Shown piece by piece: positions 28,704 to 37,861 of a stretch of DNA of 64,000 nucleotides. Numbering within the stretch: the stretch's first letter is position 1; each line of letters begins with the position of its first letter. The translations under genes were made by a program, and so were the position numbers. This DNA comes from Gemmatimonadota bacterium (GTDB lineage Bacteria; Gemmatimonadota; Gemmatimonadetes; Gemmatimonadales; GWC2-71-9). The notes under the pieces are model-generated. The model saw only the letters and a program-made list of their open reading frames with translations. It made no database searches and had not been told where the DNA came from. The stretch lies in assembly GCA_009692185.1 (NCBI GenBank), contig SHZT01000002.1, forward strand, positions 33,455-97,454, given 5' to 3'.

Positions 28704-29387
28704 CTATCTCACCCGCATACCCAACCGGGAATCCCAATGGAGCGGCTTTGCCTGTTTCGCAAGCGGCGCCTCGGGCACCTCCCCAACCGACACGCCGTAT
28801 TTCCAGTCCGGCGGGCAGATGGCGATGAACCGGGCGTAGCCGCCGACCCAACCCTTGAACTTGGGATATCCGATAATCACCAGCGCGCCGGCCTCGGGTA
28901 CCTGGTCCAGGTTCGCCACGCCTTCGGCCTGGGTGTAGCCGTTCTGCAAGAGCCACGCCTCGGATTCGAATGTCGCCGTCGTGTCCGTGTCGAGCGCCTC
29001 GTGTCCGTGGAAGAGGATGTGGCGTTGCTCGTGGAGGAACTTGATGGCGTCCCGCGTCGCGCCAGGGAACGGTCGCATCGTGGCGAACCCCGGGTCATCC
29101 CAGTGCTTCGACCAGTCAGAACGAATGAACACGACCGATCCTGGCGGGATCTGACCGTGCGCGGTCTCCCACGCCTTGATGTCGTCTATCGCGAGGTGAT
29201 ACCCGGGCTGCTTCGCGACCTGTTCGACGATGGAACTGACCACCAGGGTGCGCAACGCGAACGTCGGCGGCAGCTCGTCGATTCCGGGGTAGTCGGGGTT
29301 CCAGTGCGCCGGCGGATCGACCTGGGTGCCGAGCTGGTCGGTGGCGAGCACGTAGCGCGTGGCCTCGAGAGAAGTAAGAAGTGGCAA
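28704..29387 (-). CDS. cyclase family protein (kynurenine-formamidase-like fold), divergent
   Basis: 227 aa with a TTG start. The family motif HxGTHxDxPxH appears as QLGTQVDPPAH only about 20 residues from the N-terminus. Later blocks are VVFIRSDWSKHW and ILFHGHEALDTD. Confidence 0.6.
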   Translation of the reverse strand: MPLLTSLEATRYVLATDQLGTQVDPPAHWNPDYPGIDELPPTFALRTLVVSSIVEQVAKQPGYHLAIDDIKAWETAHGQIPPGSVVFIRSDWSKHWDDPGFATMRPFPGATRDAIKFLHEQRHILFHGHEALDTDTTATFESEAWLLQNGYTQAEGVANLDQVPEAGALVIIGYPKFKGWVGGYARFIAICPPDWKYGVSVGEVPEAPLAKQAKPLHWDSRLGMRVR

Positions 29388-29431
29388 GTCCTCCTTCTTA
29401 CTTCTTACTCCCCTCAGGGATAGAATCTCGC

Positions 29432-30106
29432 GTGCCGTACGCCCTGATGAGCAGTGGAGGCAAGGATGGAACCCTCGCGTTCGATCGCGCGACGCGGTCC
29501 GGGCTCAAGATCCGCTACCTGGCCAACATCTACGAAGGCTCAACCGGGCGGGTCCGGTTCCACGGCATCCGAAAGGAACTGATCGCGCTCCAGGCGGAGT
29601 CGCTGGGACTGGAACTGGTGAGCGGGCATACCACCCCCGAGGCCTTCGAGCCGGTGTTCCTCCGAACCCTCCAGGCGCTCAAGGCAAAGGGCTGTGACGG
29701 GGTGGTGTTCGGAAATATCCACCTGGCAGACGTGCGGGCGTGGTACGAGGAACGGGTCCTGGCGGCGGGGCTCGATCACATTGAACCGCTCTGGGGCGAC
29801 GCGCCGATCGAGCTGGTACACGAGGTGGTGGAGCGTGGGTACCGCGCGCTCCTCGTGTCCGTGGATCTCAAGCAACAGGCTGCGGGGATGCTCGGGCGGG
29901 AGCTGGATGCCGACCTACTGACCGAGATCGGGATCACGGAAGACCTGGACCCGTGTGGCGAGCGCGGAGAGTACCACACCTACGTGTTCGACGGGCCGAC
30001 GTTCAGGAAGCCGATTCCGATCACCAAAGGCCCGACGGTGGAGATTGATGGGCATCGGTTTATCGACCTGACACTACTGCAAGCGGATGAGCGGATGAGC
30101 GGATGA
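29432..30106 (+). CDS. Dph6/MJ0570-related N-type ATP pyrophosphatase
   Basis: ORF 29381..30106 with the start set at GTG 29432 (alternative ATG 29447). PP-loop variant is YALMSSGGKDGTLAFD, plus VVFGNIHLADVRAWYEERV. The last 7 codons and the stop lie inside the 8-nt repeat array. Confidence 0.7.
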   Translation: MPYALMSSGGKDGTLAFDRATRSGLKIRYLANIYEGSTGRVRFHGIRKELIALQAESLGLELVSGHTTPEAFEPVFLRTLQALKAKGCDGVVFGNIHLADVRAWYEERVLAAGLDHIEPLWGDAPIELVHEVVERGYRALLVSVDLKQQAAGMLGRELDADLLTEIGITEDLDPCGERGEYHTYVFDGPTFRKPIPITKGPTVEIDGHRFIDLTLLQADERMSG

Positions 30107-30156
30107 GCGGATGAGCGGATGGATCAAAGGCCGTTATCCGCTCACTTCATCATCGC
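30083..30156. repeat. 8-nt-periodic palindromic element, copy 1
   Basis: GCGGATGA occurs four times (30083-30114) followed by GCGGATGG. After a 13-nt spacer there is an inverted partial copy ATCCGCTCAC TTCATCATCGC (30136-30156). It lies between convergent genes and contains both of their stop codons. Confidence 0.85.
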
Positions 30157-31806
30157 GTCCCGCTTCGCCTTGAACTCATTCCCCGCCCGCCAGTTCGGCC
30201 ACGCCCGATCGTTCGCGAGTTGGTTGCCCACCGCGAAGTAGAGCTGCACGTCTTCCACGGCCCCGGCCAGGTTCCACGTCGCGTCGTACTCATCCGACGG
30301 TTTGTGGTACTTCTCGGCGGTCCACTTCTCGTGCTGTTCCTTGCCCCACGCAGCACCATGCTCACGATTGTCGATGCCGTCTTCGGGATCGAGGGCCGGA
30401 ACGCCCTGGAGCGCGAAGCTGAAGTGATCGGAGCGGTAGAAGAAACCCTTCTCCGGCTCCGGATCCGCGTGGACCGTGCGTCCCTGCCCCTTCGCCGCCG
30501 CGACGATGTAGTCATCCAGTTCGGAGTTACCGAACCCCACCACCGTGACGTCGCGGGTCGGGCCCCAAATGTTGATGCCGTCCACGTTGATCGCCGCGAC
30601 CGTCTGCTTGAGGGGAAACACCGGGTTCGCCGCGTAGTACTGGGAGCCCAGGAGTCCCTGCTCTTCCGCAGTCACGGCGAGGAAAATAATGGAACGCTTC
30701 GGGCCTTCGGGGAGACTCCGGAACGCCTTCGCGATGGTCAGGATGGTGGACACGCCGCTCGCGTTGTCCCGGGCGCCGTTCATGATCTGGTCGCCCCTGG
30801 CGGCGGAATCCACGCCGAAGTGATCCCAGTGAGCCGTGTAGGTCACGTACTCATCGGGGTGCTCCGAGCCGCGAAGGACGGCGATCGCATTGCGGGAGTT
30901 TGACCGGCGGATCGTGTTCTTGATCGTCAGCGAAACCCGCACATCCATGGGGACGGCCTTGAACCCCTTTTTCTGGGCGCGCGCCTTGAGCTTGTCATAG
31001 TCCAGTCCGCCCTGCTTGAGGATAGACCGGGCGGTGGTGTTGGAAATCCAGCCCTCGACCGGCACGCGGGACATGTTGTTGTCCGCGGCGGCCAGGCTGA
31101 ACTGTGGGCCGGACCAACTGTTCCGGACCACTTCCCACGGGTAGCCGGCGGCCTCCGTCTCGTGCACGATGAGCGCGCCGGCCGCACCCTGCCGGGACGC
31201 CTCTTCGTACTTGTATGTCCAGCGGCCGTAGTACGTCATGGCTTTGCCGCGGAAGAGCGTCGTGTCGCCGGTCTCGAAATCGGGATCGTTCACCAGGATG
31301 ACGACGGTCTTCCCGTGCACATCAACGCCATGGTAGTCGTTCCATCCGACCTCGGGCGCCACCACACCATAGCCCACGAACACCATAGGCGTGTTGGCGA
31401 GGCTCACCTGGTCCGTGACCCGCTTGGTCGAGGCGACGAACTGCTCACGGAACACGAACCGGCTGTCGCTGGTGCCGCGAATGCCGTGGGTCATGAGCGT
31501 GCCGACGGGCCGGCCGGTGATTTCCACCAGGGGGACGTTCTGGAAGTAGCTCCCCTTGTTCCCCGGCTCGAGCTTGAGCGCCACGAACTGGTCGGTGAGG
31601 TACTTGAGGGTCTTTTCCTCGCCTGGCGACGCGGGCGCGCGCCCCTGGAATTCGTCCGAGGCGAGCACCTTGATGTGCGCGGCGAGCTGGTCGGCCGTGA
31701 TGGCATCCCGGGCTTCGCGCGGCACTCCTCCGCCACCGCACGCGGCGGCGAGCAGGACCACGAGCGGCAGGAATCTCCGGGTTTCCGGGCGAGTCTCGAG
31801 TTTCAT
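30142..31806 (-). CDS. M28 family zinc aminopeptidase with PA domain (secreted)
   Basis: 554 aa with a lipoprotein-like signal (LLAAACGGG). Motifs are HWDHFG, DNASGVSTILTIAKAF, FLAVTAEEQGLLGSQYY and RSDHFSFALQGVPAL. Confidence 0.85.
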   Translation of the reverse strand: MKLETRPETRRFLPLVVLLAAACGGGGVPREARDAITADQLAAHIKVLASDEFQGRAPASPGEEKTLKYLTDQFVALKLEPGNKGSYFQNVPLVEITGRPVGTLMTHGIRGTSDSRFVFREQFVASTKRVTDQVSLANTPMVFVGYGVVAPEVGWNDYHGVDVHGKTVVILVNDPDFETGDTTLFRGKAMTYYGRWTYKYEEASRQGAAGALIVHETEAAGYPWEVVRNSWSGPQFSLAAADNNMSRVPVEGWISNTTARSILKQGGLDYDKLKARAQKKGFKAVPMDVRVSLTIKNTIRRSNSRNAIAVLRGSEHPDEYVTYTAHWDHFGVDSAARGDQIMNGARDNASGVSTILTIAKAFRSLPEGPKRSIIFLAVTAEEQGLLGSQYYAANPVFPLKQTVAAINVDGINIWGPTRDVTVVGFGNSELDDYIVAAAKGQGRTVHADPEPEKGFFYRSDHFSFALQGVPALDPEDGIDNREHGAAWGKEQHEKWTAEKYHKPSDEYDATWNLAGAVEDVQLYFAVGNQLANDRAWPNWRAGNEFKAKRDAMMK

Positions 31807-31815
31807 GCGGAGATA

Positions 31816-32724
31816 CTACGTCCGGCGCCTGCCGGGCGCCAACGCCGCCCCGGCCAGCGTCTTGAGGAGCGCGCGCCACCAGGCCGGCATCGTCGCGCCC
31901 TCGGGGAATCCGCGGCGCAAGGCACTGAGCGCCCCGCCATAGGCGCCGGCCCGCCGCCGTTCGTCCGCCACCTTGGCCAGCCAGCGGGCCCGGCGTTGGC
32001 GGTGCAGCTGGCGGATCCGGCCGGCCGGAAACCGCGCGATGAGACGGGCATACACCGACTCCATCGTCTCGAAGTCTTCGCCGAGCGCGCTGTAGTTGCC
32101 GGCGTGCCGCCGCCTAGCCACCAGCACCTGCGCCACTCCTGCCGCGGGAGACCGCTCGGCGAGGCGAATCCAGAGGTCGAAGTCCTCGGCGACCGGAAAC
32201 GCCTCGTCAAACCCATTCAGCGACTCGAGCAGCGTCCGGTCAACCATCACGGTGGACGTGATGACGATCGCGTTTCCCGACACCAGGCGATCGAGGACGA
32301 AGCCTTCTTCGGGGATCCACGACGAATCGGCCATCGCGATGTCCCGCCCCGCCTCGTCCACGCGGCGAAGACTCGTGTAACTCCAACCGCAGGCCGGGTG
32401 GGCAAGGAGCGCCGCGACCTGGAGGGAGAGCTTCTCCTGTTCCCACCAGTCGTCCGAGTCCAGGAACGCGACGAACCGGCCGCGGGCATCCTTGAGCGCC
32501 TGGTTCCGGACGCGGCCGGGATTGCCGCTGTGGTCGAGGGGCAGAATGCGGATCCGCGGATCGGCAAGGCCGGACACCCATCCGGCCGTGTCGTCGGTCG
32601 AGCCGTCGTCCGCAACGATGAGCTCCCAGTTCTGGTAGCTCTGCGCCACGACCGATTCCACGGCTCGGCGCAGAAAGGCCGAGCGGTTGTATGTCGGGAT
32701 GACAATCGAGACCAGCGGTAGCAT
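31816..32724 (-). CDS. GT2 glycosyltransferase (paralog a)
   Basis: This is the C-terminal 302 aa of ORF 31816..33180, from MLPLVSIVIPTYNRSAFLRRAVESV (ATG 32724). Motifs are LIVADDGSTDDT, FLDSDDWW and AEDFDLWIRLA. Confidence 0.85.
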   Translation of the reverse strand: MLPLVSIVIPTYNRSAFLRRAVESVVAQSYQNWELIVADDGSTDDTAGWVSGLADPRIRILPLDHSGNPGRVRNQALKDARGRFVAFLDSDDWWEQEKLSLQVAALLAHPACGWSYTSLRRVDEAGRDIAMADSSWIPEEGFVLDRLVSGNAIVITSTVMVDRTLLESLNGFDEAFPVAEDFDLWIRLAERSPAAGVAQVLVARRRHAGNYSALGEDFETMESVYARLIARFPAGRIRQLHRQRRARWLAKVADERRRAGAYGGALSALRRGFPEGATMPAWWRALLKTLAGAALAPGRRRT

Positions 32725-32788
32725 TGCGGCGGCCACGCCTAACGATAGCCGACGCTCACGCCCGGCACAGTACATTTCCCCTCCTGCA

Positions 32789-34024
32789 ATGCCTACCGAT
32801 ACCGACGTTCGAATCTCGGAGTGGCGTGCTACGCTCGACGCGGATACGCTCTGGCCGGACTCGACCGTGCCCCAGCGGCTCGCGGCATACGCGCGCATTC
32901 TCGAGGTGACCAGGGACGTCCTGGCCGGACGGCCGGCCCGACTCGACTCAGCCGCCGGGGCGGACACGAGGGCCTTGGGCGTTGCCGCGTTCCTGAGCGG
33001 CATGGGCGCCTTGCTGGCCTGGTGGATCGAGCAGGGCTCCGTGTCCGCGTCCGCCGAGGCCTCGCGGATGCTCGCCGCGCACCTCGCCCACGGCCGGCGC
33101 CGGCTGGCGCGCACTACCGACGAGACGCGGCGCCTGTTGGCGCAGCTCGCGAAGCGCGGGATCGTCCCCACCATTCTCAAGGGTGCCTACACCGCCCGCC
33201 GCTACTTCGTCGACCCGGCCGCACGGCCGGCCTCGGACCTCGATCTCCTGGCGACTCCCGCGGAGCTCGAAGGGACGCGGGGCGTGTTCGGCGAGTTGGG
33301 ATGGGCGTGTCGAGTCCGGGAAGTGTTGCCCTTCCGCGAAGAGTGGGCCCCTGCAGGTCAGACGGCGGTGCAGTCGCTGGACCTGGCACACGAATCCAAT
33401 CCGTGGGGCGTGGATCTCCACCTGTCACTCGACCGCACGTATTTCCCGGGCCTCGACGCGGGACTCGGCACTCCCGACGCCAGCATGCTTACCGCGTGGC
33501 CGAGTCCGTTCGGCATGGCGCGCGTGCTCGCCCAGCCGTTCCTCGCCGCGCATCTCGCCCTCAACGCGGGCTCTGACCTGCCAGATGCCCAGCTCCTCAA
33601 GGCCGTCGAGCTGATCTGCGTGATCCGCCAGGACATCCGGTCCGGAGAACTCCTCTGGCCCAAGTTGCGGGACCTTTTCCGTGGCACCGGCACGCTCCGC
33701 TTCGCCTACCCCGGGCTCGCGATGGCCGAATGGCTGTCCCCCGGCGCAGTTGACCCGGACCTTCTGCGCGAGGTCGCGGCGGAAACAACGCCACGCATGC
33801 GGCGCACGACGGCCGACGCTCTCCAGACACTTCCGTTACACCGGCACGGAAGGTCCGTCGAGCACTACCTGGCGTTTGCCAAGGGTCCCCGCGAGGTGGC
33901 GCGCCGGTTGTTCGACTTCATGTACCCGGTCACCCGGCCGTCGCCCCGCGAACTGCTGGCCCTCTGGCGCCGCCGGATCGGCTCGGTCCTGACAGGGAGG
34001 GTGCGGTGGGACGGGCGCCGGTGA
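32789..34024 (+). CDS. uncharacterised nucleotidyltransferase family protein (PF14907-like)
   Basis: Start set at MPTDTDVRISEW (ATG 32789) to avoid overlapping the divergent GT2. Motifs are ARPASDLDLLATPAELEGTRGVFGELGW and NPWGVDLHLSL, typical of this family from memory. Confidence 0.65.
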   Translation: MPTDTDVRISEWRATLDADTLWPDSTVPQRLAAYARILEVTRDVLAGRPARLDSAAGADTRALGVAAFLSGMGALLAWWIEQGSVSASAEASRMLAAHLAHGRRRLARTTDETRRLLAQLAKRGIVPTILKGAYTARRYFVDPAARPASDLDLLATPAELEGTRGVFGELGWACRVREVLPFREEWAPAGQTAVQSLDLAHESNPWGVDLHLSLDRTYFPGLDAGLGTPDASMLTAWPSPFGMARVLAQPFLAAHLALNAGSDLPDAQLLKAVELICVIRQDIRSGELLWPKLRDLFRGTGTLRFAYPGLAMAEWLSPGAVDPDLLREVAAETTPRMRRTTADALQTLPLHRHGRSVEHYLAFAKGPREVARRLFDFMYPVTRPSPRELLALWRRRIGSVLTGRVRWDGRR

Positions 34025-34962
34025 CCGCGACCTGGCCGAACTTCATCATCGCCGGCGCACCCAAGGCGGGAACGACGGCGCTGTACGAGTTCCTGAGGCA
34101 GCATCCGCAGGTCTACGTGAGTCCCATCAAGGAGCCTACCTACTTCGCGCGGGCGGACCTGGCCACGTGGCGCTGGCGGAACGAGATCGCGACGCTTCTC
34201 GAAGCGGACCGCGCGCGGCTCGCGGAGTATCTGCGGGGACCCATGACCGAATGGCACCACCACCGGATGGTCACGGAGGAAGAGCAATACCTGGCCCTGT
34301 TCCGTGACGTCCGGGACGAGCGCGCGATTGGAGAAGGGAGCGTGAGCTATTTCTGGCTGCCCAGTGCGCCGCCAGCCATTGCAAAGGCAATCCCGCGCGT
34401 CAGACTCGTGTTCATGCTGCGCGACCCCGCCGAGCGTTTCTTCTCCCAGTACCTCGCCTGGGCGCACAGCAAACCGGGGCACACGGTCCGGGACCTGTTC
34501 GAGATGGCGCAGGATCCGGACAACCAGCTGTCCACGACATTGAAGCCCGGACTCTACGGGACCTGCCTCGCCCGGTTTCTCGAAGTCTTACCGAAGGAAC
34601 AGATGCGGTTCTATCTGTACGAGGATTTCCGAACGGAGCCCGGCCGCGTGTTGCGCGATCTTTTCGGGTTCCTCGGTGTGAACGCAAAGCAACCCATCGA
34701 GACGTCGCAGACCCACAACCCGCCCGCCTTGCCACGCCTGCCGCGGCTCCACGCGTTACGACAGCGCTTCCTCCGCGGCCGCTCGTTCATGGGCTTGGTA
34801 CCTTCCCCGTTTCGGCCCCTGGCCCGCCGCCTCTACCACCGGGATCGGGCGGACATCAGGTTGAACCAGGCTGACCGCGGGATGTTGATCGGCTACTACA
34901 GGAACGAGGTCAAGCAAACCGAAGCCCTGATTGGGCGTGACCTGTCAGCGTGGCTCAGGTAG
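34006..34962 (+). CDS. sulfotransferase family protein (PAPS-dependent type)
   Basis: The 5'-PSB motif is PNFIIAGAPKAGTTALYEFL, with a later RDPAERFFSQY (3'-PB-like). An alternative GTG start at 34021 overlaps the upstream stop (GTGA). Confidence 0.85.
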   Translation: MGRAPVTATWPNFIIAGAPKAGTTALYEFLRQHPQVYVSPIKEPTYFARADLATWRWRNEIATLLEADRARLAEYLRGPMTEWHHHRMVTEEEQYLALFRDVRDERAIGEGSVSYFWLPSAPPAIAKAIPRVRLVFMLRDPAERFFSQYLAWAHSKPGHTVRDLFEMAQDPDNQLSTTLKPGLYGTCLARFLEVLPKEQMRFYLYEDFRTEPGRVLRDLFGFLGVNAKQPIETSQTHNPPALPRLPRLHALRQRFLRGRSFMGLVPSPFRPLARRLYHRDRADIRLNQADRGMLIGYYRNEVKQTEALIGRDLSAWLR

Positions 34963-35862
34963 ACGCGGAACGAACGGATATAGTACGGTCTTGAAAACGG
35001 TGGTCCACCACCTGAACGCGACAAATCCCGCAGGCAGCGCCGAAGCGAGACAAGCGAACGCCGCCCGGTAGTGCCCTGCCCGCCGCTCCATGTTGGCGAC
35101 ATTGAGCCATCCCTCCACGCAGAGCCGCGCGAAACGCCGGCGGAGGCGTGCTGTCTTCAACCGGCTCGCCAGCAGGCCGAACGCGTGACGCAACACTTGC
35201 CGCGAACCCCGGAACCCGAGGCCATAGCGGCCCGCATGCTGACGCACGGCGGTCAGCGCCTGCGGCACCGGGGCGACGGGACTCCGCTCTGCGAGCCGGA
35301 TCCAGAGATCGAAGTCGCCGGTGATGACATACCGCTCGTCGAACCGCCCCACCTGCTCCACCAGCTGACGATCCGCCATGACCGTGGACGTGTGGATCCG
35401 GACGTCGCCCGACACGAACCGCTCCAGCACCCATCCGCCTTGCGGGACGAATGGCGCGGGCTCGCTCAGCGGCACGTCCCGTCCCGTGTCGTCCACGCCG
35501 CGCAGCGCCGAATAGCTCCAGGCACAGTCGCGGTTCACTGCCAGCGCTTCGACCTGGCGCGCCAGCTTCTCGGCATCCCACCAATCGTCGGAATCGAGAA
35601 ACGCGAGGTAGCGCCCGCGGGAGCGCGCCAGCGCAAGATTGCGCACCGCGTTGGGGTTGCCCAGGTGTTCGCTCAGGATCACGCGCACTCGCGGGTCGGT
35701 CAGCCCCGCAAGCCACGCACGGCTCCCATCCGTGGAGCCGTCGTCCACCACGATGAGTTCCCAATCCCCGAGGGTCTGCCGCAGGACTGACTCGACGGCC
35801 TCGCGGAGATACCCGGCGCGGTTGTAGGTAGGAATGATGACCGACACGAGCGGCTGGCTCAC
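34945..35862 (-). CDS. GT2 glycosyltransferase (paralog b)
   Basis: GTG at 35862 overlaps the upstream stop (GTGA). The sequence VSQPLVSVIIPTYNRAGYLREAVESV, LIVVDDGSTDGS, FLDSDDWW, GDFDLWIRLA aligns by eye along its whole length with 31816..32724, at roughly half identical residues. Confidence 0.85.
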   Translation of the reverse strand: MSQPLVSVIIPTYNRAGYLREAVESVLRQTLGDWELIVVDDGSTDGSRAWLAGLTDPRVRVILSEHLGNPNAVRNLALARSRGRYLAFLDSDDWWDAEKLARQVEALAVNRDCAWSYSALRGVDDTGRDVPLSEPAPFVPQGGWVLERFVSGDVRIHTSTVMADRQLVEQVGRFDERYVITGDFDLWIRLAERSPVAPVPQALTAVRQHAGRYGLGFRGSRQVLRHAFGLLASRLKTARLRRRFARLCVEGWLNVANMERRAGHYRAAFACLASALPAGFVAFRWWTTVFKTVLYPFVPRLPEPR

Positions 35863-36968
35863 GCGCGCATCTCCGCATACAGCGCTTCCACGCGTTGCGC
35901 GGTCCAATCGGCGTCCTCGGCCACGGCCCGCCGTTGAGCCTCGCGCGCAACGCGCAGGCGGCGGTCCTCGTCTCCCAGCAGGCCAGTCACCGCCGATGCC
36001 AGGGCGTCCCCGTCGCGCACGGCAACGGCCGCGTCGGGCGCCCATTCTGCGACATGCCCGACCGACGTGCCCACCGTGGGCACACCCGCAACCGCTGCTT
36101 CGAGCATGGCGAACGGGCCCGCTTCGTGTCGCGAACTCACCACCAAGACATGGGCCGCCTCGAGCAGCGGCCGCACTCGGCTCGGCGGGAGGTAGCCATG
36201 AAACGTCACGTGGTTCTCGATACCCAAGCGCGCTGACAGTGCCTGGATTTCGCCGCCCAGCGTGTCGAAACCAACCATGTCCAATCGGAAATCCACGCCG
36301 CTCGCCTTGAGACGCTCCGCCGCCTTGAGGAGTGTCGGCTGGTCCTTCACGCGGTTGAGGTCTCCCACGTGGAGCAGGCGGGCGGGTCCACCTGCCACAC
36401 GGCGCTGGGGCTTGCGCGCCGGCCAGCGGGCGAGATCTACGCCGAACGGCACGCGTTCGACTTGGTAAGCGAATTCCCCGGCCCGGTGGATCAGCGGGCG
36501 GCTTGCGGCCGTGAGTCGGGAAGCACCTGCGAGCCCCAGGCGAACCCAGAACCGCGTCCTCGCGTTCACCCATCCGCCGTAGCCGATCTCAGGAATGGAG
36601 GCGAACTCGCCGCCGGCGAGATGCACCAGCACGGGACGTCTCGTGAACAGCCCGGCGGCCTCCGCAATCAATCCGGCCGGCAGGAGCCAGAATGCGTGGA
36701 GCAGATCGAACGGACTCCGCCGGTGCTCGGCGACGATGTTCGTGAACGTGCGCCAATAGGCGCGCCGCCGCCCGCGCCCATGAGCACCCCCGTTGTGCAC
36801 CGTCGCGCCAAGGAGCGGGTACATGGAGGGCTCCGCCTCCTGGTGGAGCGCAAACACCTGCACATCGTGTCGCCGGGCAAGCCGTTCGATCAGCGCGAGG
36901 AGATAGGGAAACGATCGTTCGTCGCCGGACCGGTCCACGCCGCCTGGCGTGACGAGCGCAATCCTCAC
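35859..36968 (-). CDS. GT4 glycosyltransferase (GT-B, group 1)
   Basis: 369 aa starting MRIALVTPGGVDRSG, with the C-terminal GT4 signature VVSSRHEAGPFAMLEAAVAGVPTVGTSVGHVAEW. The GTG start overlaps the PIG-L stop. Confidence 0.85.
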   Translation of the reverse strand: MRIALVTPGGVDRSGDERSFPYLLALIERLARRHDVQVFALHQEAEPSMYPLLGATVHNGGAHGRGRRRAYWRTFTNIVAEHRRSPFDLLHAFWLLPAGLIAEAAGLFTRRPVLVHLAGGEFASIPEIGYGGWVNARTRFWVRLGLAGASRLTAASRPLIHRAGEFAYQVERVPFGVDLARWPARKPQRRVAGGPARLLHVGDLNRVKDQPTLLKAAERLKASGVDFRLDMVGFDTLGGEIQALSARLGIENHVTFHGYLPPSRVRPLLEAAHVLVVSSRHEAGPFAMLEAAVAGVPTVGTSVGHVAEWAPDAAVAVRDGDALASAVTGLLGDEDRRLRVAREAQRRAVAEDADWTAQRVEALYAEMRA

Positions 36969-37861
36969 GAATCCGTCCGCCGGGACTCAGTCAGGCGACG
37001 CAGGTGCCGGCGTTCTCCGCGGCCGAGCGCGAACGCGAGCGGATCGGTGAACGACAAACGGCGGAACCCACGAAATGCTTCGTGCACCGGCGGCTCGGTG
37101 ACTTCGGCATGAAGCGCGACGTAGGTCCCGGCCGACATTTCCCAGAATTCCTCGGCGCCGCCCGCGAGCCCATGCGAACGGGCGGCGTACTGCTTGAGGC
37201 GGAGACTCGCGCGCAACGATCCTGCCTGCGAGGCGTATTCCTCAGCCGCGCGAAGCGTGTCCGGAAGGACCTCGGCCACGGGGGCAACGAGGTTGACCAG
37301 CACGCGCGTCAGGGGGACTTGCACCTGGTAGATCCGTACGGCGGGAGCCGACTCCGTATACGTCGCCAGGGCGGCCGCGAGCGCGCGCGCGACCCGGCGG
37401 TGCTCTGGATGAAAGTCGACCCGGGACGGGGCGTAGATCACCCCCGGGCGGTGTGCGGCGAGCGCTCGGGTCAGTGCACTCACCCCTTCGGCGTCGGCCC
37501 AATCCCATTCGCGGAGGCCGATCCACTCCCAAGCCGTTACGCCGAGTGCCCGGAGGGCGGTTTCAGCTTCGGCGTGACGGCGTGCCGCCATCTCGTCGGG
37601 CCCAAGGCCCAATGCCCGGGAGCCGCGGCCGTCGGTCACGTGCACGACGACCGTGTCGTCTTCCGCGCGACGATGCAACGCCAGGGTTCCGCCCGTTCCG
37701 GCAACTTCATCGTCGGGGTGCGGCGCGATGACCATCACGCACTTGCCGCCGGCGCCCACCCATCGCGGAACTGGCGGTGTCAGTCGCCCGGCGCCGGCCA
37801 CGCCGGCCGCCCAGACCCGGGATATCACGGCGTCCACCGCCCTGCCCGCGCTATACAGCAT
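36965..37861 (-). CDS. PIG-L/LmbE family N-acetylglucosaminyl deacetylase
   Basis: The signature is VMVIAPHPDDEVAGTGGTLALH. The start is uncertain, either ATG 37861 (11-nt overlap) or ATG 37897 (47-nt overlap with the upstream gene). Confidence 0.8.
   Translation of the reverse strand: MLYSAGRAVDAVISRVWAAGVAGAGRLTPPVPRWVGAGGKCVMVIAPHPDDEVAGTGGTLALHRRAEDDTVVVHVTDGRGSRALGLGPDEMAARRHAEAETALRALGVTAWEWIGLREWDWADAEGVSALTRALAAHRPGVIYAPSRVDFHPEHRRVARALAAALATYTESAPAVRIYQVQVPLTRVLVNLVAPVAEVLPDTLRAAEEYASQAGSLRASLRLKQYAARSHGLAGGAEEFWEMSAGTYVALHAEVTEPPVHEAFRGFRRLSFTDPLAFALGRGERRHLRRLTESRRTDS

Noticed and set aside
30083-30122. CRISPR array or minisatellite
   Set aside because: The units are 8 nt long, directly abutting with no spacers, and there are only 3-5 copies. 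No cas genes are present. The arrays are better described as short palindromic REP-like elements.
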